IMG/VR virus record: IMGVR_UViG_3300030372_004604
Location: 1-60,299 of that record
Strand: one strand, 5' to 3'
Length of the DNA stretch: 60,299 nucleotides
Origin: a virus
Lineage: Duplodnaviria > Caudoviricetes
The position numbers were made by a program, and so were the translations under genes. Shown piece after piece: positions 1 to 9,736 of this stretch. Positions within the stretch are counted from its first letter, which is position 1, and each line of letters starts with the position of its first letter. The notes beneath the pieces are model-generated. The model was given only the letters and a program-made list of their open reading frames with translations. It made no database searches and was not told the origin of the DNA.

Positions 1-105
1 GTAGCTTGCAAATATCTTTGTGTCATTACCTTCTGTATCTACCTTTAAAATATTTACGTTGGTTATGTCATTTTCTACTAAAAGGGTTTGCAATGTTTTT
101 AAGGG
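1..105. repeat. Terminal direct repeat / circular assembly overlap (copy 1)
   Basis: 1-105 equals 60195-60299 except g85 vs a60279, which is synonymous (Thr ACC/ACT) in the minus-strand gene crossing the junction. Confidence 0.95.
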
Positions 106-438
106 GACTGTTTGGTATTCCTCTGTTAAATGCTGGGATACAAACCCTTCCTCTTTTAAAAGGGAAGATCGCATACACTTTTCTTTTTGTGCAGGAGACC
201 GCCTGTTAAAAAACCCATATTTACCCATCCACAATTTACCTGTGCCATTTTCATCACTGATAGCGCAGTGTACATATTTAAAATTAGTTCCCTCTAAACT
301 TTTGTGTATGTCCTCTTTCAAATACACATTAGGTTCAACCATAAGCCCAAACCAGTTTTCTCTTTTACGGTGCAGAAGTTTATTTGCTAATGACAATGTT
401 CTTCCATTAAAGCACCCTATGTCTACAATTACGTTCAT
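1..438 (-). CDS. FkbM-family SAM-dependent methyltransferase, 5' part (continues at 60194-60009; about 207 aa in total)
   Basis: Manual translation from ATG 438: MNVIVDIGCFNG...MVEPN...HCAISD...ILKVDTEGND, matching FkbM motifs; ATGA overlap with the upstream gene; not in the ORF track because the window edge splits it. Confidence 0.8.
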   Translation of the reverse strand, partial: MNVIVDIGCFNGRTLSLANKLLHRKRENWFGLMVEPNVYLKEDIHKSLEGTNFKYVHCAISDENGTGKLWMGKYGFFNRRSPAQKEKCMRSSLLKEEGFVSQHLTEEYQTVPLKTLQTLLVENDITNVNILKVDTEGNDTKIFASY

Positions 439-1439
439 CCTAAACTCCTAAAAAAGGTTAAGTATTGTTCACCAATTATTTCAGGCTCATGCTGTTTTAA
501 ACTGTCAAAACCATTTTGTCTAAAATCTTGTAGCACGGTATCGCTCATAGGCATTTGCAGAACTTCAGCAAGTTGTTTTGCTGTTTCTATAACGATGCAG
601 TTATAGTTTTCTCGCATGTCATCAGGTGTGTCTAAAAGCCACTCCCTATGAATAATCGGAATACACCCTGCATTCCATGCTTCTAACCAAGTATATTGAG
701 TGCCACCCCCATCGCCTTTTATAAGCGTCATATCTACATTAAATATGTAGTCACACATTAGATTAAACGCATAGTCATTTTCTCTTGGGTAATGTGCTTT
801 AGACTGTACCCACTCTGGGTACTTAGGCACTATTTTAAATTTAGTATAGAGCCTGTTTTCAAAACCCCTTATTACGATCTTTTTGTTTTCAGGTAACAGC
901 CTATTTGCGTCTAACAAAATTTCCGTATGCTTGTCAAAATCAATACGAGAAGTGCTTATAGCTAAGTGTTTTCTAGATGCAAAAGGCAACTCTTTTTGTA
1001 CATAGGGGTGTCTTATAAACGTAGGTCTGTAAGGTAACAGTATAGAGTTGTTTGCCAAGGGTAAAGTTTCTACCCCTCTTTGTCTAATAACAACACACCT
1101 GTTCATATCCAACGGCTCTGGTAAGTTTTTTAATTCAGTAGGGTCGTGAACAACTATAAAAGCATTGCCGTCATGGTACAGGGTGTCTGTGGTTTTTTTA
1201 AAGTTTTTAGCTCCTGCTACGATTAACTTAACATTTGATCGGGCAAGAGCTTCTTCCATAGATATGTTTCTGTACCGTTTGTCATAACCAAAGTTTCTTG
1301 TTCTTTTTTCACTTCTAGGTCTAATTTTAAATAGGCTTACCTCTGCTCCTACTGCTTGCAATGTATCTATCAAATGAGAGGTGTAAGTAACCCACCCTCC
1401 ATAAGTATTAGGGCTGTTATAAAAAAGGTCTACTTTCAT
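435..1439 (-). CDS. GT-B fold (GT4-like) glycosyltransferase, candidate DNA-modifying enzyme
   Basis: N-terminal YGGW loop, STSRIDFDKH, and DGGGTQYTWLEAWNAGCIPII resembling the GT-B sugar-nucleotide binding motif; ATGA-coupled to both neighbours. Confidence 0.7.
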   Translation of the reverse strand: MKVDLFYNSPNTYGGWVTYTSHLIDTLQAVGAEVSLFKIRPRSEKRTRNFGYDKRYRNISMEEALARSNVKLIVAGAKNFKKTTDTLYHDGNAFIVVHDPTELKNLPEPLDMNRCVVIRQRGVETLPLANNSILLPYRPTFIRHPYVQKELPFASRKHLAISTSRIDFDKHTEILLDANRLLPENKKIVIRGFENRLYTKFKIVPKYPEWVQSKAHYPRENDYAFNLMCDYIFNVDMTLIKGDGGGTQYTWLEAWNAGCIPIIHREWLLDTPDDMRENYNCIVIETAKQLAEVLQMPMSDTVLQDFRQNGFDSLKQHEPEIIGEQYLTFFRSLG

Positions 1440-2377
1440 TGCACAACCCCTTGGGGCAATGGCTCACTGCTCTGTGTAAACTTACTGCGAGGTTTGCCTT
1501 GGCCTAATCGTACTCGTTCATACTTATCCCATTCACACAAGCTATGCTCTATAGTACGCATATCTATTTGGTCGGCAGGAACATGGTCACCCACAAGGTA
1601 TCCGTTACAAGGGTAATCTTTTGCAACCATTTGCAATAACTCTTGCATACCTTCGTTGGCTACCTCTTGAGTCATGCTTTTTGTTAAGGGCTTATCCCAA
1701 ATTCTATTCAACCCACGTTTTGCTCCAGGACCTGCATTGGCCCATGAGAACTTATCTACGGCATTTTTCAAAACAGGCGTGTAGTTTAAATCAGTTACAA
1801 CTTCGTAAGACATAAACCCACCACCTCCCCAACCCCTGTACTGTGATAATTTTTTATGGGTAGCTTGTAAGGATTGTGAAGACTGTGCAGAAGCAACAAT
1901 GTCTTCTGCATATTTATGTATTGGTTTAAGAAAATGGTCAACAACAACATCTGCTTTAGGTAATTTCAACCCTTGGTTTGTAATGATATACGCACCAGTG
2001 AAAGTACGCTTACCATCAGCTATCCTGTTTTTAATAAGCTGTTTAGTATATTCACCATCCCATGCAGATGTGCCAAGACTACTAACAAGCCTGACCCAAC
2101 CATGCTCTTCTGCAAATTCAATTGTGCCTACCATCCTAAACAAACAGCAATTGAAAATTATTTCATCGTGTGGCCTGTTATCGTTAGGTTTAGTCCAGTT
2201 GTTACGCATCCAAAGGGTAACCCTATCGTTTTCACGGAAGGGGTTTGTAAACTTATACTCTTGGAGTATGGGGTCTTCTGTCCATTCAGACCTTGGTACA
2301 CCCATGTTTCTCCGTTGGTATATGGCGTGTCTTTCATTTATCCAATAGAAAAACCTTTCTACGTTTTCCCTGTTCAT
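1436..2377 (-). CDS. aGPT-Pplase1-like (alpha-glutamyl/putrescinyl-thymine pyrophosphorylase clade 1) DNA base-hypermodification protein
   Basis: FFYWINERHAIY...WTEDPILQEYKFTNPFRENDR, FTGAYII, GFMSYEVVTDL, NAGPGAKRGL, IEHSLCEWDKY are characteristic of this family. Confidence 0.8.
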   Translation of the reverse strand: MNRENVERFFYWINERHAIYQRRNMGVPRSEWTEDPILQEYKFTNPFRENDRVTLWMRNNWTKPNDNRPHDEIIFNCCLFRMVGTIEFAEEHGWVRLVSSLGTSAWDGEYTKQLIKNRIADGKRTFTGAYIITNQGLKLPKADVVVDHFLKPIHKYAEDIVASAQSSQSLQATHKKLSQYRGWGGGGFMSYEVVTDLNYTPVLKNAVDKFSWANAGPGAKRGLNRIWDKPLTKSMTQEVANEGMQELLQMVAKDYPCNGYLVGDHVPADQIDMRTIEHSLCEWDKYERVRLGQGKPRSKFTQSSEPLPQGVVQ

Positions 2378-3049
2378 TTACTTTTCTCCTAACGGCTGGA
2401 AGTGTGGGTTATCAATTTTTATAGCACCTGCTTTCACTGCTATGCGTAAATCCATCCTGCCTCCAGGAGAAGGGTCTAGCTTACGCAATGCGGAAATTGC
2501 TTCACCTACTGTTTGGGAAGCTAGAACAACTTGCATATTACGATAACGGTTTGTGCCTTGTTTAATAGGAGGCTCATCCATTAACTTAATAATTTGGCAT
2601 TCATTACTCCACCCTTTTTTTACATCTGGTGTTTTTTTAATAGCATCAAAAGAACCACCCTCTTTTTCCATTTCATCTAGCTCTAATGTTATTCTAGTAT
2701 GTGGGTCTACATCTGGTTGCTCTGTAACTACTTCAACACTTGAAGTATCGCCTTTAACAAACCTATTCATTTTTGTTTCCTCTTCTGGTTTCCAGTATTT
2801 AGCTTTGCTTGCGGTAAGAACCCAAAAATTTTCTGCAGAACTGGGTTTACCAAATGGCTCACAAACAGAAGTTATTTCCTCTTTTGTAAATAAATGGTTT
2901 AACCGATCTACTGTTTCCTTACCATCAAACACATAAGAATGTTCATTAACAGCCTTACATGTTTTGACTGCTTTTAGTGTTTTAAATTTATAAAACAAAA
3001 ATGGAGGCCCATCACTTCCAGGAACTCCATCACATATTGCATAAAACAT
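2378..3049 (-). CDS. Hypothetical protein, first gene of the modification operon
   Basis: 223-aa ORF with AGAAAGGAAG RBS; abuts the next gene. Confidence 0.65.
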   Translation of the reverse strand: MFYAICDGVPGSDGPPFLFYKFKTLKAVKTCKAVNEHSYVFDGKETVDRLNHLFTKEEITSVCEPFGKPSSAENFWVLTASKAKYWKPEEETKMNRFVKGDTSSVEVVTEQPDVDPHTRITLELDEMEKEGGSFDAIKKTPDVKKGWSNECQIIKLMDEPPIKQGTNRYRNMQVVLASQTVGEAISALRKLDPSPGGRMDLRIAVKAGAIKIDNPHFQPLGEK

Positions 3050-3123
3050 TTTTCTTCCTTTCTTAGAAGAAGTACCAGTGTGTACATTAACTTATACACA
3101 CTGGTTAGACAACGGCTAGTTTA

Positions 3124-4149
3124 TCAACTTCCTGCGTATTCCAACGCTTTGGTCAGAGCTTTGCGCTTGGTTTGCGCTCCTGAACCAAACCATGCCGAGT
3201 GCAAAGCATTACCCTCTATTTGGGAACGCTTTTGGTGGTCAACAACATGGGTAACCGCATTCAATGCTCCCCACCATGTACCCTTGGCAGAAGACATATC
3301 GTGTCCAGGACTCGTTTCTACTGCTTGGTACACTAGGTCTGCGGTATTGCTAAACTCTTGGTGCAGAGGAGGTAGCGTATCAAGGTCATCTGCTTTAGCC
3401 CTTTCTATTAACAGGTTAGGCTGGAACAGTTCGGCAATCCAGTTATCTAGGTCAAACGACTTAGCAGGTTTGCTTGCCAAAAATTCAGCTTGCTCCTTAA
3501 ACAGTTTCATTTGGTTACCACTCAGCCCTAGCGCAAGCTCTGCGGCCTTGTGTATTTCTTCATCAAACATTTGTAGGTGCAACACTCTAAACCTGTTGTG
3601 TGCATCATTTAAGGCCATTGTAAGGGTGTTGTTACAAACAACTCGTATAGGCGTAAACATAATTGTCATTGCCTTGCCTACCTGATGGCTGTTGTTCAGT
3701 AACAAGTAACCTTTAATATGGTCACCACCAGTGAGGCTAAACTCATCGGTAAGTTTTGCTAACCCCCAAATGTCTTTACCCTCTTTTAAACTACCTGCGG
3801 TTTCCATGGTCATTTTACCTGCGTCGGTAAACTTTTTAAAGAAGTGCATTACCTCTGAGTTTTGGAAGGGTACATAACTATCCCCACACTTGCCCATTAC
3901 CTTGTTGTCACTGTCGCGTACAAGGTGGTAATCACCTTCGCACCGTATAAAAGATGCTTCGCCTGTGGGGTCGATAATGTTCCAAACATCTGGTTTATCT
4001 ACCGTGTAATCAGGCCGTTTGCTAACCGTCCAATCTAACTTGGCGGCTTGTAACATTTGTTCAGGAGACATGTTGTTGTCTACCTGTACGCCCAACCCAT
4101 GCCAAGGAACTTGTCCTGCATAAGCCATTGTTTCTACTTGGTGTGCCAT
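3124..4149 (-). CDS. DUF932 / TIGR03299-like phage-plasmid protein
   Basis: MAHQVETMAY..VPWHGLG, ETAGSLKEG, TPIRVVCNNTL, GTWWGALNAVT. Confidence 0.85.
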   Translation of the reverse strand: MAHQVETMAYAGQVPWHGLGVQVDNNMSPEQMLQAAKLDWTVSKRPDYTVDKPDVWNIIDPTGEASFIRCEGDYHLVRDSDNKVMGKCGDSYVPFQNSEVMHFFKKFTDAGKMTMETAGSLKEGKDIWGLAKLTDEFSLTGGDHIKGYLLLNNSHQVGKAMTIMFTPIRVVCNNTLTMALNDAHNRFRVLHLQMFDEEIHKAAELALGLSGNQMKLFKEQAEFLASKPAKSFDLDNWIAELFQPNLLIERAKADDLDTLPPLHQEFSNTADLVYQAVETSPGHDMSSAKGTWWGALNAVTHVVDHQKRSQIEGNALHSAWFGSGAQTKRKALTKALEYAGS

Positions 4150-4169
4150 AATTTTACCCTTTCTATGGT

Positions 4170-4469
4170 TTAATGTAATTGAGGTTCAGAAGGAACCTCA
4201 CTGTCTGGTATTTCTTGGCTAGGCAAAGCATTAAACTCATCAAAGCTAATGTCTACCCAACCTACATGTAGTGGACTAAATGCCACTTGTACACGCATCT
4301 CTACGTCATTGTGTGGCATATTAAAACAAACAGGTAGCATTGCTTCGTCTGGTATTGTGTTCAACGCATCCTGCAACATGTCACGGTTCAGTGACCTGTT
4401 CCTGTTAGCTTGTATTGCGTTTTCATTGCTCGCAATAAGCTGTTCTTTGGTGAAGTACTTTACTATCAT
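4170..4469 (-). CDS. Hypothetical protein (start trimmed to MIVKYF)
   Basis: AGAAAGGT RBS upstream of ATG 4469. Confidence 0.6.
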   Translation of the reverse strand: MIVKYFTKEQLIASNENAIQANRNRSLNRDMLQDALNTIPDEAMLPVCFNMPHNDVEMRVQVAFSPLHVGWVDISFDEFNALPSQEIPDSEVPSEPQLH

Positions 4470-4556
4470 ATAGCTTACCTTTCTATTTAAGCTGTTAATA
4501 CAATAACTATATGGTAACCTTTTATCTTGAGAAAGCATTAGTTTATCTTTTGTGTT

Positions 4557-6074
4557 CTAGTAAGGCAAAGCATATCCTTGACTAAACATTGGGTGTACTA
4601 GATGCAATTTTTCTTTAGCTCTTGTCAACCCTACATAAAACACTCTTGCTTCATCTTCTTCATAGGTGTTTATTTTTCGCCACATAGAATATGGCCTACG
4701 CATTACATCAGTTAAAAGCATAACATTAGTTGCTTCCGCACCTTTAGCAGAGTGTATAGTAGAGATCCTTAGCCTTGGTGTTTGGTTCAACTTTTCACCC
4801 TTCCGCAAACAGGCTTTTAGATATACTTTGTCGCGTTCAGCTATTTTTCCCAACCCTTGATCCCAAGGTTGTGTATGTAATAACCCATGTGACTGTAGCA
4901 AATCTTCAATGCTGTACAATATGCCATCTTTACCATCGGGCATTGTTTTACACCCATATGCAATCTGTTTGTTCAACAGCATGTATTTGTATATTAATCT
5001 TACCTGATCGGCAGTTATGCGTTCTCCTGTTCTAATTGATTCCCAAAACCGTACCGCATCTATTACCTTACTGTCAATACTTCTTGAACCATTATAAATA
5101 TATAGGTGTCCTCTTTTCCTTACCTCTTCTTCTATTTGCTCTGCCCCTCTTGTTGTTCTGCTTAACAGCAACCAATCGCCTTGTGAAAGATTCACCTCCT
5201 CAGAGTGCCTATGCCAAAAAATATCCCCCTTTTCAGTCTTAGGCGTGAACGATTTTTTCCTACGCCCAACAATTTTATGTATCACCTGTTTACTGAGTTT
5301 ATGGTGTAATGATGGTATGCGGTAGCTTTTATCTAACAATGTTACTTCACCTTCTAACCCTACAAAGTGTTCCACATCTGCTCCTGCATACCTAAATATT
5401 GCTTGGTCATCATCTCCTGCAACATAACAAATTTTACTTCGTTGTTCTAACCTTCGCACCATTTCCCATTGTATAGGTGATAAGTCTTGTGCCTCATCTA
5501 TAAATACGACTTCTAATTTAGGGCATAGGTCTCTATCTAAAAACGACTCTAACATACCAGTATAATCAAACAGGCCGTATGCTTTTTTCCAATGCTCTAA
5601 ACCTCGCCCAACATAATCTACCCTAGCCCAATCTGTTTTAAGTGGTACGACGCTTTGGTTATATATTTTTTGTAATGGTTGCCGTAAAATCCTAGCTATG
5701 TTTATTATTTCTAAAAATTTATCCCCATAACCAAAATCTTTATACGGCCCCTGCTCTGTAACACCACTAATGAAAAACTTACCTATTTTCAACCACTCTG
5801 CTATCTCTTGGTACTTTTCTGGTGTGATCACTTGAGAATGTGTCAGCCCTGCCTGTTGGAAAGCTAAACTGTGTAGAGTGCGGAAGTAAGGCAGTTCCTT
5901 TTTGTTAAAGTTAAATTTGAAACAAGCCCTATCTATCGCCTCTTGTGCGGCTCTCCTTGTAAATGCAAAGTACCCTATACGATCAGGGGGTACACCGGAC
6001 TCAAGGTAAGACTCTACTAAGCTAAGTAACTTAGTTGTCTTACCTGTTCCAGGAGGCCCTAGTACGATGTGCAT
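4557..6074 (-). CDS. UvrD/Rep-like superfamily 1 DNA helicase
   Basis: GPPGTGKT Walker A, FRTLHS, IDEAQD, GDDDQAIF, STIHSAKGAE, YVGLTRAK. Confidence 0.9.
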   Translation of the reverse strand: MHIVLGPPGTGKTTKLLSLVESYLESGVPPDRIGYFAFTRRAAQEAIDRACFKFNFNKKELPYFRTLHSLAFQQAGLTHSQVITPEKYQEIAEWLKIGKFFISGVTEQGPYKDFGYGDKFLEIINIARILRQPLQKIYNQSVVPLKTDWARVDYVGRGLEHWKKAYGLFDYTGMLESFLDRDLCPKLEVVFIDEAQDLSPIQWEMVRRLEQRSKICYVAGDDDQAIFRYAGADVEHFVGLEGEVTLLDKSYRIPSLHHKLSKQVIHKIVGRRKKSFTPKTEKGDIFWHRHSEEVNLSQGDWLLLSRTTRGAEQIEEEVRKRGHLYIYNGSRSIDSKVIDAVRFWESIRTGERITADQVRLIYKYMLLNKQIAYGCKTMPDGKDGILYSIEDLLQSHGLLHTQPWDQGLGKIAERDKVYLKACLRKGEKLNQTPRLRISTIHSAKGAEATNVMLLTDVMRRPYSMWRKINTYEEDEARVFYVGLTRAKEKLHLVHPMFSQGYALPY

Positions 6075-7597
6075 TACAAAATTTCTTGTGATGCAGGTAA
6101 AGGAGGAAGATCAATTTCTGACTCATCTGTTTCAAAGTAATCCTGTTCTAAAGACCACACATGAACACCCTTACCCCTAACTCGCCAAAACATTTTTTCT
6201 GCATTTAAATCGCGCAATCGCAACGTAACACGGTTGGAAGTGTAATGGTTGAAATCATTTACAGACAAGTGCTTTTTTAAATCTTTTACTTGGAAGTAAA
6301 CCCTATCATCTAACCAAACAGCAACCCCTTGTAGTATGTCTTCGCGTTCTTCGCCTTTAGCCCTTTCACAAGCAAACGCATGTAACAGGTCTTCAAACTC
6401 ACCCTTAAAGGTAGCATCAGGTGGTACTTCTACAATGGTGACATTATCCAACAATGTTTGTATTCTCGTTTGCCAAGAGCGTTGATTAATAGCCACAGGA
6501 AACATATTAATCTGAGATACACATTCTTTTTGAAACTGTGCTTGGCTTGTTAACCCTGTCGTTGTTAACTCTAACCGTTTGTTATCTACATTCAATATCC
6601 ATATAGGTGGGTCACCATCTATTTTAGTGAGGCTAGACATATCGTTTGCAACGCCACTAGGCCCAACACCGAACTTCCTTGTTTTACATAATTCTTTATC
6701 ACAAAAAGGTTTTATGGGTTGGTCTTCGCATTTGTAAAAGTAATCTTTCTTTTTTAACTGGCGAATAGTATTACCTACTTCGCTATGGCTAAGAGGGGGT
6801 GACAGGTAATCTATATTGTACCTTTGCACTAACTGTTCCCAGTTGTCTTCATCAAACAACCGCGCATATACACCAAGGTTGAAAAGGGCATTGTTTCTAG
6901 AACCTTCACTAAATCCCTTACTGCATAGGTGTTGTAAACAAGGAGGTCCTTCCTCTATAACACCGTCTTCTGTGCCAAAGCTGAGGTTTAGCTTACGGAA
7001 CTTAGCAGGGGTCAGTATAAATGTTTTAGCGTACTCTATAAAAGCAATAGGGTTTAACGCTTCACCATTTTGATCAAACGCATACCGTGTTGTTTTGTTT
7101 CCTGCATGATACGGCATGTTTAAGAAGTTACCTGTATCACCTCTATCTTTTAAAATAGTTGTTTGTTTAGGAAATATTTCACTACCAGAAAACCCTAGAG
7201 CCGCGCTTAGTTCTGTGATCCTACGTTGCATTTCTTCTGCTTCTATCGGTTCAGATAAAAACATCCATACATGCGCTCCACCACTTTTAGTCCTACCAAC
7301 AACCGCAGGTATTTTATTTTCGTTCAGTACATCTATTAGTTTTTTATGGCTAACATCGTATTGGTCTATATCTATGGCCCCCCACTGACACATATTGTCA
7401 CTTTTTATAGGGATAATACCTAAACCTATGCCTCCATTTAAATGTTCTTCCCACATTTCTAACCGAGTAGGTTCTTTTATAACTTTGGCTATTCCTTGTT
7501 TCTTACCATCATTAGCTCTATTACCCTTTACCTCATACGTTCCGTGGGCAATATCACTACCTTTAAATAAACTGTAAAATTCTTGGGCTAAATCCAT
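6074..7597 (-). CDS. AEP-type primase-polymerase with PriCT-like domain
   Basis: WGAIDID, RTKSGGAH, EIFPKQ, GNFLNMPY, PPCL, GSRNNALF; start trimmed to MDLAQEF after GGAG. Confidence 0.8.
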   Translation of the reverse strand: MDLAQEFYSLFKGSDIAHGTYEVKGNRANDGKKQGIAKVIKEPTRLEMWEEHLNGGIGLGIIPIKSDNMCQWGAIDIDQYDVSHKKLIDVLNENKIPAVVGRTKSGGAHVWMFLSEPIEAEEMQRRITELSAALGFSGSEIFPKQTTILKDRGDTGNFLNMPYHAGNKTTRYAFDQNGEALNPIAFIEYAKTFILTPAKFRKLNLSFGTEDGVIEEGPPCLQHLCSKGFSEGSRNNALFNLGVYARLFDEDNWEQLVQRYNIDYLSPPLSHSEVGNTIRQLKKKDYFYKCEDQPIKPFCDKELCKTRKFGVGPSGVANDMSSLTKIDGDPPIWILNVDNKRLELTTTGLTSQAQFQKECVSQINMFPVAINQRSWQTRIQTLLDNVTIVEVPPDATFKGEFEDLLHAFACERAKGEEREDILQGVAVWLDDRVYFQVKDLKKHLSVNDFNHYTSNRVTLRLRDLNAEKMFWRVRGKGVHVWSLEQDYFETDESEIDLPPLPASQEIL

Positions 7598-7718
7598 AGC
7601 TTTCTCCAATAAAAAGGTGGAGGCTACGCATTCAAATAAAGGGTTAAGAAATTTAAATGGTAGCCTCCGCAGAACAAAGGAGATCAACCCCCTGTTCTGA
7701 ACTGGGTTAAGCTATGAG

Positions 7719-8516
7719 TTAAAACGGTACTTGGTCGTCAGGGTCTGACCCCATACTACTAGAGCCATCGTTTACTTGCACATCACCTGCTTTTACTGAT
7801 TTAGCAAAAGCAACTGCCATTTCAAAGAACCCCTTATCCATATCGTCAGATAGGTTTAAGGCACGTTCCCTAGCTATTTCCCAACCGTACCAACTACCTT
7901 TATCGTTCTGCTCTGGTACGCTTGTAATCTTGTATATCTGTGACATTAACGGCAATGTATACAATCCGTTTTTGCCTTGGGCAGTTAGCGATTGCGCTTG
8001 CGTCAACCACTTACGGCCTTTCTTTAATTGTGTAGAAGCCATCGTTACCAAGGCTTTTTGTGGGCCTAACTCAGGATGCAACATTAACACATAGAACTGT
8101 GCAGTGTTGGTCAACTGGTTGCCGTTTGGTAATAGGTCTTGCCCTTGGTCACTACGCACTACAGTTTTTACAATAGGGTCATCTGGGGTGTATGAACCTA
8201 CATATCCACCACCTTCTTCCCTACCGCGCCACTCTACGAACCGCCGATTATAATGGCAGGGTATTACATAAATACCTTCCTTTTCTGCTTCGTACACTTC
8301 GTTTAGCACAGTATTAAATATCATACCTGCTTCCGCACCTTCCACATACGCACCATCACGTTTTTTAACTTGTGGGCTAACATCGGCAAGCACCCTTAAA
8401 AATGGAATAGCTAGGTCTTCTGTTTTTACCTCGCTAAAACCTTCACCTTGGAACTGCTCAAAACCTTCGTACATTGCAACTTCATTGTTTGCTTTCTTAG
8501 CTACTTCTTGTGCCAT
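7719..8516 (-). CDS. Putative ssDNA-binding/annealing protein
   Basis: DLAIPFLRVL..SPQV, NDKGSWYGW and an acidic tail ending DDQVPF; located in the replication module. Confidence 0.55.
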   Translation of the reverse strand: MAQEVAKKANNEVAMYEGFEQFQGEGFSEVKTEDLAIPFLRVLADVSPQVKKRDGAYVEGAEAGMIFNTVLNEVYEAEKEGIYVIPCHYNRRFVEWRGREEGGGYVGSYTPDDPIVKTVVRSDQGQDLLPNGNQLTNTAQFYVLMLHPELGPQKALVTMASTQLKKGRKWLTQAQSLTAQGKNGLYTLPLMSQIYKITSVPEQNDKGSWYGWEIARERALNLSDDMDKGFFEMAVAFAKSVKAGDVQVNDGSSSMGSDPDDQVPF

Positions 8517-8520
8517 CTTT

Positions 8521-9075
8521 CTATCCTTTTTTCGGTTTAGTTATTTTGGTTTTTTCACCTACATACAACCCAAACAAATCAGCAGGGACATTGTTGCCTT
8601 GTTCAAATTGGTCTTTTACAAATGCCTTTAAGGTCATTGGCTCTACCCACTTTTTAGTGTTCACCGCCATACCCTTATGTATCAAGTCATCTGCAAACTG
8701 TTTAGCTTGTTCTTCTTGTCCGCGAACAAAGGTCGTTGCTACTTGGTTCTTTATTAAATCACCAAAATCATTTGCAACTAACCAACCAAATGCTTCATCT
8801 GATTTATCCTTACTTATTGAAGCACTGTAAAATTTACCAACGCTTACACGAGAACCATCTTCTAATACAAGCTCACTTATACTATGCTCTGCCATAGCTG
8901 AAGGTAACTGCTCTTCCGCTATTTCACGCAAACTTCGTTTAGCTTGTTTTAGCTCATCCTCTAGCTGTGCTACTCGTTGTTCTAATGTAAGTTGTACATT
9001 GGCAAGTTTACTCACTAAACTTAACCCTTGTTCATCCACTGTTTTAAGGTCAGTGGCAACATCTTCAAAGTCCAT
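8521..9075 (-). CDS. Conserved phage replication-module protein
   Basis: Coiled-coil N-terminus, AFGWL..DLIKN, VEPMTLKAFVK. Confidence 0.6.
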   Translation of the reverse strand: MDFEDVATDLKTVDEQGLSLVSKLANVQLTLEQRVAQLEDELKQAKRSLREIAEEQLPSAMAEHSISELVLEDGSRVSVGKFYSASISKDKSDEAFGWLVANDFGDLIKNQVATTFVRGQEEQAKQFADDLIHKGMAVNTKKWVEPMTLKAFVKDQFEQGNNVPADLFGLYVGEKTKITKPKKG

Positions 9076-9090
9076 TGTTAACCCTTTCTA

Positions 9091-9396
9091 TTAGTTAAAG
9101 TTTGCTTCAAGGGGATAGTACTTGTTTTCTAACCTATCCCATTTAAGCATTTTGTAACGGCCCATGTTCTGCCGTGATGCAACGCTCGCAGCTAATGCAA
9201 TAATTACAGGATCACCAGAAAGTAATAGGTAATCGTCATCTGTAAACTTGCTCAGCTTACGAGTTAGTTGTTTTATTAATGGCTGAGTAGAATAGCTTGC
9301 CTGTTCAGAAACAGGAACAAGCACTTCTATATCGCCGAAGGTAACGGCATCGCTCAGGTCGCGACCCCGCATTTCTTGAACTATGTACACTGTCAT
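9091..9396 (-). CDS. Conserved hypothetical phage protein
   Basis: VYIVQE...DDYLLLSGDP...LKWDR; GGAGAAAGG RBS before ATG 9396. Confidence 0.6.
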   Translation of the reverse strand: MTVYIVQEMRGRDLSDAVTFGDIEVLVPVSEQASYSTQPLIKQLTRKLSKFTDDDYLLLSGDPVIIALAASVASRQNMGRYKMLKWDRLENKYYPLEANFN

Positions 9397-9502
9397 GCCT
9401 TTCTCCACATGCAAAAGTTAATTATTTAGTATAGTAGCATATATTTAATATGTAACCAGTATTTTTATATCAAGAAAAAAATAAATATCTCTAGCTTACA
9501 CG

Positions 9503-9661
9503 AACTTTGCTATAATAGGGGCAAAACCCAAACGAACCCTAGAAAAAATAATTCAAAAAACGTCGCGCGTACCGAGAAAGTTGTATATCGATATCGTATA
9601 TCGGAAAATGTTAGAATTTAAATTCATCTTAATTCATTTTCCCCCCCTATATAGTAAAGTT
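9503..9661. other. Origin-like intergenic element, copy A
   Basis: Imperfect inverted repeats AACTTTGCTATAATAGGGG / CCCCTATATAGTAAAGTT flank CGTCGCGCGTACCGAGAAAGTT; same elements recur at 47581-47806. Confidence 0.55.
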
Positions 9662-9736
9662 GTTTGATAAACCTTTTATTGCTCGTTGTTTTGTTTAGGT
9701 TTAAAATACAAATATTCCCAATAGAAAGAGGGTAAA

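Noticed and set aside
6-451. Plus-strand ORFs 6-209 and 20-451, and the many other short plus-strand ORFs in the track
   Set aside because: They are antisense shadows of well-supported minus-strand genes and have no recognisable motifs.
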